DNA of 64,000 nt from Candidatus Bathyarchaeia archaeon (GTDB taxonomy: Archaea; Thermoproteota; Bathyarchaeia; Bathyarchaeales; Bathycorpusculaceae): NCBI GenBank assembly GCA_049521795.1, contig JBEKOM010000001.1, positions 32,001 to 96,000 on the forward strand. Reading direction: 5' to 3'. This document shows, in pieces, positions 59,831 through 64,000 of this stretch (positions within the stretch are counted from its first letter, which is position 1; each line of letters opens with the position of its first letter). Below the pieces are notes generated by a model. It did no database searches. It saw only the letters and a list, made by a program, of their open reading frames with translations, and was not told the origin of the DNA. The position numbers and the translations under genes are program-made.

Positions 59831-60369
59831 AGTAAATGCTGGTCTTTCATGTCTAAGATCAAGCAAGAGATGCCACACTTTTCTATCAGAGAAGTTTCTG
59901 CCAACGAATCGGAAAAGCAATTCGTGCTTGCGACCCTTCTCTAGTGAGAGTGTCGGCATCCCAAACACTTGTTCATCCTGAACAAGCTGGAAAAGGGCAT
60001 GTTTGTCTTTTGTTATTGTACACAATCTTACTGAGATTGTTTGATCAGGATCAAGGTCAAAAGGCGCAAGTTTTTCTGGAAAATTAAGGTCTAAAGTGCC
60101 ATACTCGCGCAAAAGCTTAGGCGGTTTCGGTCTCATGGGCAATTTTTGTTTTACTTTAAATTTGACCCTAACACCAATAGCTGTTCGTTTTCCAGCATTG
60201 TGAAGGTAGAAAGAGCAATCATTTGTTCCTACATGGCAATCTTCGATTCTAAGTTTCGGCTTGTTGATAAAAAACGGTAAAGCTCTATAACCGCTGAAAT
60301 TGCCGAAAACGTGAACAGGACTATCAGAATCGCATCCGTCCAACTCGTTATAATCGGAATCGCTGACAT
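59771..60369 (-). pseudogene. Membrane-anchored cargo gene with apparent frameshift in a T6 run
   Basis: ATG 60369 gives a TM helix (MSAIPIITSW...ELYRF) that joins the long frame FINKPKLRIED only after a shift at 60269-60274. Confidence 0.5.
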
Positions 60370-60451
60370 GAGAAAACGGTTTATGGCTATTGCAATATAA
60401 GGTTATTCTCTGAAGGTCAATTCCCAAAAAAAAGAACCAACCGATAAGTTT

Positions 60452-60474
60452 ACAGAACCCTTTATCAGGTTCTG
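60452..60474. repeat. B/C junction ACAGAACC-CTTTATCA-GGTTCTG
   Basis: Identical to 56297-56319. Confidence 0.95.
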
Positions 60475-60802
60475 GTAACTTCATGGGCGACAGAGAACCC
60501 TGTTAAATTTCGGGTGATGATTTCCCTTTTCGAGAAAAGGGTGTTAACAGTCGGGTGATAGACCCTTCAAGTGGGAAGGTGAGGGAAAGGGCAATAGGGA
60601 AGGAAAAATCTTTGCCTCTTCCCTCTCCTTGTACTGTTTCTTCTCCCTTCTCCTTCCCTCAAAACTTAGTTGAATAATCAAATATGGCTTATGGAGGATA
60701 GTTCTAGAGGAATCTTCTATTCAAATTCATCAAAAACAATTCTGTTTGATTAAGGGACCTGTACTAGAAAGAAAAAGATAATTGGTTTGTGGGGATGTAG
60801 GC

Positions 60803-61129
60803 TTACTTCTTTTTCATTGCTGCGATTTTAGCTTTTAGAACTGCTCTTATGGTTTCCTTGGCTTTCTCGTATGATATTATCTCATGCACGTCAGAGACAA
60901 CGTAAGGAGAGAATATGAGTACACGCTTGTAGGAATCTGCAGTTTCCCCTTTGCCGATTACGTATCCAGAGTATCCATCGTGGAAAGCCCCCCACTCTTC
61001 AATCTCTCCCTTCTTAATCATTCCATCCATGCTTGCAAACATCATTTCGTAGAGTTCTAAGAGCTTAGAAGGGTCTGTAGGCCATGGTGCTGACGGATTG
61101 AAGTGCCAAAAGTTTAGAAATCTAGCCAT
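60803..61129 (-). CDS. DUF3303-like small alpha/beta protein
   Basis: MARFL..W...G.IEEWG.F.DG.SGY pattern. Confidence 0.55.
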   Translation of the reverse strand: MARFLNFWHFNPSAPWPTDPSKLLELYEMMFASMDGMIKKGEIEEWGAFHDGYSGYVIGKGETADSYKRVLIFSPYVVSDVHEIISYEKAKETIRAVLKAKIAAMKKK

Positions 61130-61222
61130 TCAAGCCACCTCCCGTTATAGTTGTGTTTTGGGATGTTTGTTATAACTTCTATTTAAAATCATGGAAGAAT
61201 GGCAGAAAATGAGGAAAACAAC

Positions 61223-62344
61223 CTAGGGTTTGTTCTTAGACGCGTTCTCTATGATGGTTTTCCATTTGTCTTGTCCTTGAACCGTTATGCCGCATGCTTC
61301 CGCTGGAGTCTTTCCACCTAAGCTTTCATGGGGTCTGACATAGTTGTGGAAGAGTTGATAACCCGAGAGTATTGCTGAATCTTCTTTCTTTAAGCCTCTG
61401 AACACTTTCTCACGATCTCGGATTTCACCGTTCATGCGTTCCATCTTATTGTTCTCATGTTTTCCACGGAAGCTGATTTGTCGAATATGTTCAGTCCTAG
61501 GGCCCTTGAGAGTCCAGTATTCTTTCTTGTAAGCTTCATGATAAGACCTCAACCCGTCAGTGATTATGGTTTTCGGCTGTTTCCCCATAAGCTCCTTGCT
61601 CATTCGAAACAGCCTTCTCGCATCGTGCGAGACTTTTGTTTCAGCTACCTCTTGAGCGATCCAGAAACGAGTCTCATCATCCATCATGGCAAAGAGGTAT
61701 TTCATATCGCCCTTAATCTTGACATAAAGCTCATCTGCTCTCCATGTATCGCTAACGTTTGGTTTTATTTTTTCAAGGTAATCATTCATCAGCTTCACAT
61801 ATTTTCGTATCCACTTCAAAACTGAAACGTGGCTTACTGAAACGCCCTGTAGCTTGAGGAACTTCTGAACGTTTCTGAGTGATTCTCCAGTGAAGTATAG
61901 CTGCATTGCCGAGGTTATGATTTGAGGCGAGGCTTTCATTCCCTCAAAGCCCACGTTGACCGAGAACCGTTTTCCACATGATTTGCATAGGTATCGCTGA
62001 ATATCGTATTTCTTGTTATGTCGTACTGCGTCTTTGACTATTTGCTCTGAACCACAATAGATGCATTTTGAAGTGTTCAAAGGAGCGATGACAACGTTCT
62101 TCTTGACTTGTTCCTTGATTCTTATGCTGGTCTCAACCGCAAAAATGTGTTTGCACTTTACCTGTCGAAACCTGTTATCTGGACATTCACAAGTCCATTC
62201 ATTGTCAACTTTGGAAACAGCGTATTCGCCGTTTCCTGATTGCGAAAGAACGGTATAGAAATTTTCTTCTACTTGTTTGACTTGGCTTTCTTTATGGGCT
62301 ATTTCTAAGCCTCTTTCTTCTCTCAAATTTTCAGTCACGTTCAT
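61223..62344 (-). CDS. IS6-like DDE transposase with N-terminal SWIM finger and zinc ribbon
   Basis: CECPD...CKH; CIYCGS/CKSCG; WRADE, ITDG, NNKMER; HNYVRPH.SLGGKTPA. Confidence 0.92.
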   Translation of the reverse strand: MNVTENLREERGLEIAHKESQVKQVEENFYTVLSQSGNGEYAVSKVDNEWTCECPDNRFRQVKCKHIFAVETSIRIKEQVKKNVVIAPLNTSKCIYCGSEQIVKDAVRHNKKYDIQRYLCKSCGKRFSVNVGFEGMKASPQIITSAMQLYFTGESLRNVQKFLKLQGVSVSHVSVLKWIRKYVKLMNDYLEKIKPNVSDTWRADELYVKIKGDMKYLFAMMDDETRFWIAQEVAETKVSHDARRLFRMSKELMGKQPKTIITDGLRSYHEAYKKEYWTLKGPRTEHIRQISFRGKHENNKMERMNGEIRDREKVFRGLKKEDSAILSGYQLFHNYVRPHESLGGKTPAEACGITVQGQDKWKTIIENASKNKP

Positions 62345-62456
62345 GGTTACATTCACCGATAGATGTATCTATGCATGGCTACTAATAAATGTGTCGGTAG
62401 CTATATAGATAAAGTTATAAATAAAGCCACCTATACGTTTATCGGAAGATGTTTCG

Positions 62457-62705
62457 ATGAAATCAAAAGACAAATTAGGCGAAAAGTTAATAACAGTGCT
62501 TGGTGAGGCCAGCGAACCGCTGGAGACGAAGGAGATAGAGGAGAAGGTGCCAGCGGAAACGAGATCAAAGATTTTCAATCGATTGAAAGACCTGAGAGGC
62601 GAGGGTCCCATTAAAGGTAAAATGGTGGGTTCTGGCAAAGGAACGTGGGTTTGGTGGGACAAGAATGCTTTTGCAAGACCAAACAGAACGGAGAGTAAAA
62701 AATGA
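62457..62705 (+). CDS. Small winged-helix DNA-binding protein divergent from the transposase
   Basis: EPLETKEI...TRSKIFNRL.DL..EG.I.G wHTH pattern. Confidence 0.7.
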   Translation: MKSKDKLGEKLITVLGEASEPLETKEIEEKVPAETRSKIFNRLKDLRGEGPIKGKMVGSGKGTWVWWDKNAFARPNRTESKK

Positions 62706-64000
62706 GTCTGAGCGAACAATTACTGCAGGTTGTTCCTCAGAAAATAGGCAAGTATTTGTACTACCGTCTTGGCGAAACAACGATTAATCAACTTGTGAAT
62801 TTCGGTCTCATACCGAAAATTGATTATGGTGCATTGATAGCTAAAAAACCAGACGGCTTAATTGTCCATCATAAGGAAGTCAAAGGGATAGTAGAAGCGA
62901 AAAGTCCTGATGAGCTTAACACTACCGAGAAAGAGAATATTGCCATCTCACAGGAAAAGGATGTTGCAAAGAAACTGTGCAAGTTGCTGATAATCACTGA
63001 CAATAGTTCAAAGACTCTTTGGATTAACCCTTTAAATGGGGGAAGAATAAAAGAAAAGAATGGCTCTGAAGTAAGAGCAGTATTCGACGCTAAGTTCACA
63101 AAGAACGTTAATGAGATTGAACGTCTAATTGAGGAAATAGACCTTTCAATCAACGAAACAAACTCAACACTTCGCGAAGAGAAGATCATAGACCCTTCTG
63201 ATCTCGCTCGCCAGATGTGGCAAACTATCTGGGTAGCAACTGGAAAATCTCCAATAAAATGCCTATACAATGTCGTAGAACTCCTCATTTTCAAGTTCCT
63301 GAGCGATCTAAAGGTGCTGGAAGATGAGTATGCTTTCAACCACGTTTACGAAATCTCAAAGACAGACCCAGAAGAAGCTCTGACATTCTACGCACGAAAT
63401 TCAAGAGTGAAGATATTAGAACTTTTTCCAGAGGGAAAAGACAAGACAACTCTGATCAACGGAACAATTTTCGTAAATGAAAGTGGCAAGGCCAATCTAT
63501 CTCAAGCTGTCTTATTTCACCATTCTTTAAAACACCTCTATGAGTACGAATACAATTTCGGCACTTTCATCAAGATAGATAAGAGCTTCAAAACCAAATT
63601 ATACGAGACCTTTCTCAAACAAGAAGTTGAGGCACTAGGACAATATTTTACGACCAGAAAAATCGTTCAATCAATGATAAGGCTATCGAAACTGGACGAG
63701 GAAGAATTTGATTTTAAGGGCAAAAGAATTTGTGACCCGTTTTGCGGAGTCGGTGGCTTCCTACTCGAAATCTTGAATTTGAATGATCGAATGAAACAGT
63801 GTTATACTCCAGATGAAAATGGCGTTATTGACCTTCCTTTCACCATACATGGATTCGACAAGGGATTCGAGAAAGATGATGAAAGAACGATCATATTGGC
63901 TAAGGCAAACATGCTCATCTACCTCACTGACATCATTTTCAGAAATCCTAACGCAACGAAGGAGTTTGCCAGAGTTTTTAATGAAACCTTCACATTGTTC
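62702..64000 (+). CDS. Restriction endonuclease-N6 adenine methyltransferase fusion (Type IIG/IIB-like), 3' end outside the window
   Basis: Open frame from ATG 62702: KPDGL...VEAK (PD-(D/E)XK), LGQYFT, ICDPFCGVGGFL (motif I). Confidence 0.88.
   Translation, partial: MSLSEQLLQVVPQKIGKYLYYRLGETTINQLVNFGLIPKIDYGALIAKKPDGLIVHHKEVKGIVEAKSPDELNTTEKENIAISQEKDVAKKLCKLLIITDNSSKTLWINPLNGGRIKEKNGSEVRAVFDAKFTKNVNEIERLIEEIDLSINETNSTLREEKIIDPSDLARQMWQTIWVATGKSPIKCLYNVVELLIFKFLSDLKVLEDEYAFNHVYEISKTDPEEALTFYARNSRVKILELFPEGKDKTTLINGTIFVNESGKANLSQAVLFHHSLKHLYEYEYNFGTFIKIDKSFKTKLYETFLKQEVEALGQYFTTRKIVQSMIRLSKLDEEEFDFKGKRICDPFCGVGGFLLEILNLNDRMKQCYTPDENGVIDLPFTIHGFDKGFEKDDERTIILAKANMLIYLTDIIFRNPNATKEFARVFNETFTLF

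Larger units (their letters stand above)
56313..60459 (-). mobile_element. Element B: complete 4147-bp IS6-like SWIM-transposase cargo transposon
   Basis: Perfect 24-bp TIRs GGTTCTGTAAACTTATCGGTTGGT (56313-56336 and 60436-60459); 8-bp flanking duplication CTTTATCA; intact internal transposase. Confidence 0.88.
60468..64000 (-). mobile_element. Element C: IS6-like SWIM-transposase cargo transposon, continuing beyond the window
   Basis: Begins GGTTCTGGTAACTT directly after CTTTATCA; intact transposase; other end not in the window. Confidence 0.75.

Noticed and set aside
56297-60474. The 23-bp junction as a loxP/dif-type tyrosine recombinase site
   Set aside because: The arms extend inward as perfect 24-bp TIRs with IS6-like termini around a DDE transposase, so TIR plus 8-bp duplication is simpler; no tyrosine recombinase is nearby
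60370-60484. N-terminal part of the ORF-track call 59771-60484
   Set aside because: Reads through the TIR and junction; treated as a chance open frame
62869-63339. Minus-strand 156-aa ORF and similar antisense ORFs throughout the track
   Set aside because: Shadows of well-supported genes on the opposite strand, here the RM fusion

Overview
Archaeal chromosome segment, most consistent with Bathyarchaeia/TACK (inferred from histone, rps25e, rpl35ae, PolB, AglB, CarS, RadB, CofE). Most of 15.3-54.4 kb is housekeeping DNA. There are two accessory regions. (1) 54.5-64 kb is the main finding: an end-to-end array of three different, cargo-carrying IS6-like transposons whose intact DDE transposases carry an N-terminal SWIM zinc finger. 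Neighbouring elements are separated by the same 8-bp sequence CTTTATCA, and the middle 4.1-kb element has perfect 24-bp terminal inverted repeats. Cargo includes a PD-(D/E)XK nuclease, a PIN protein and a restriction-modification fusion. (2) About 4.95-12.5 kb is an A+T-rich island bounded by imperfect direct repeats, with an atypical tyrosine recombinase and small genes each preceded by one of two conserved promoter-like repeats. Other items of note are a TIR/TSD-bounded non-autonomous cassette (14.0-15.3 kb), a candidate Shine-Dalgarno-sequestering pseudoknot upstream of queT, a MITE-like palindromic element and several unannotated small ORFs. I found no CRISPR array, rRNA or complete tRNA. 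All calls were made by eye, without database searches.
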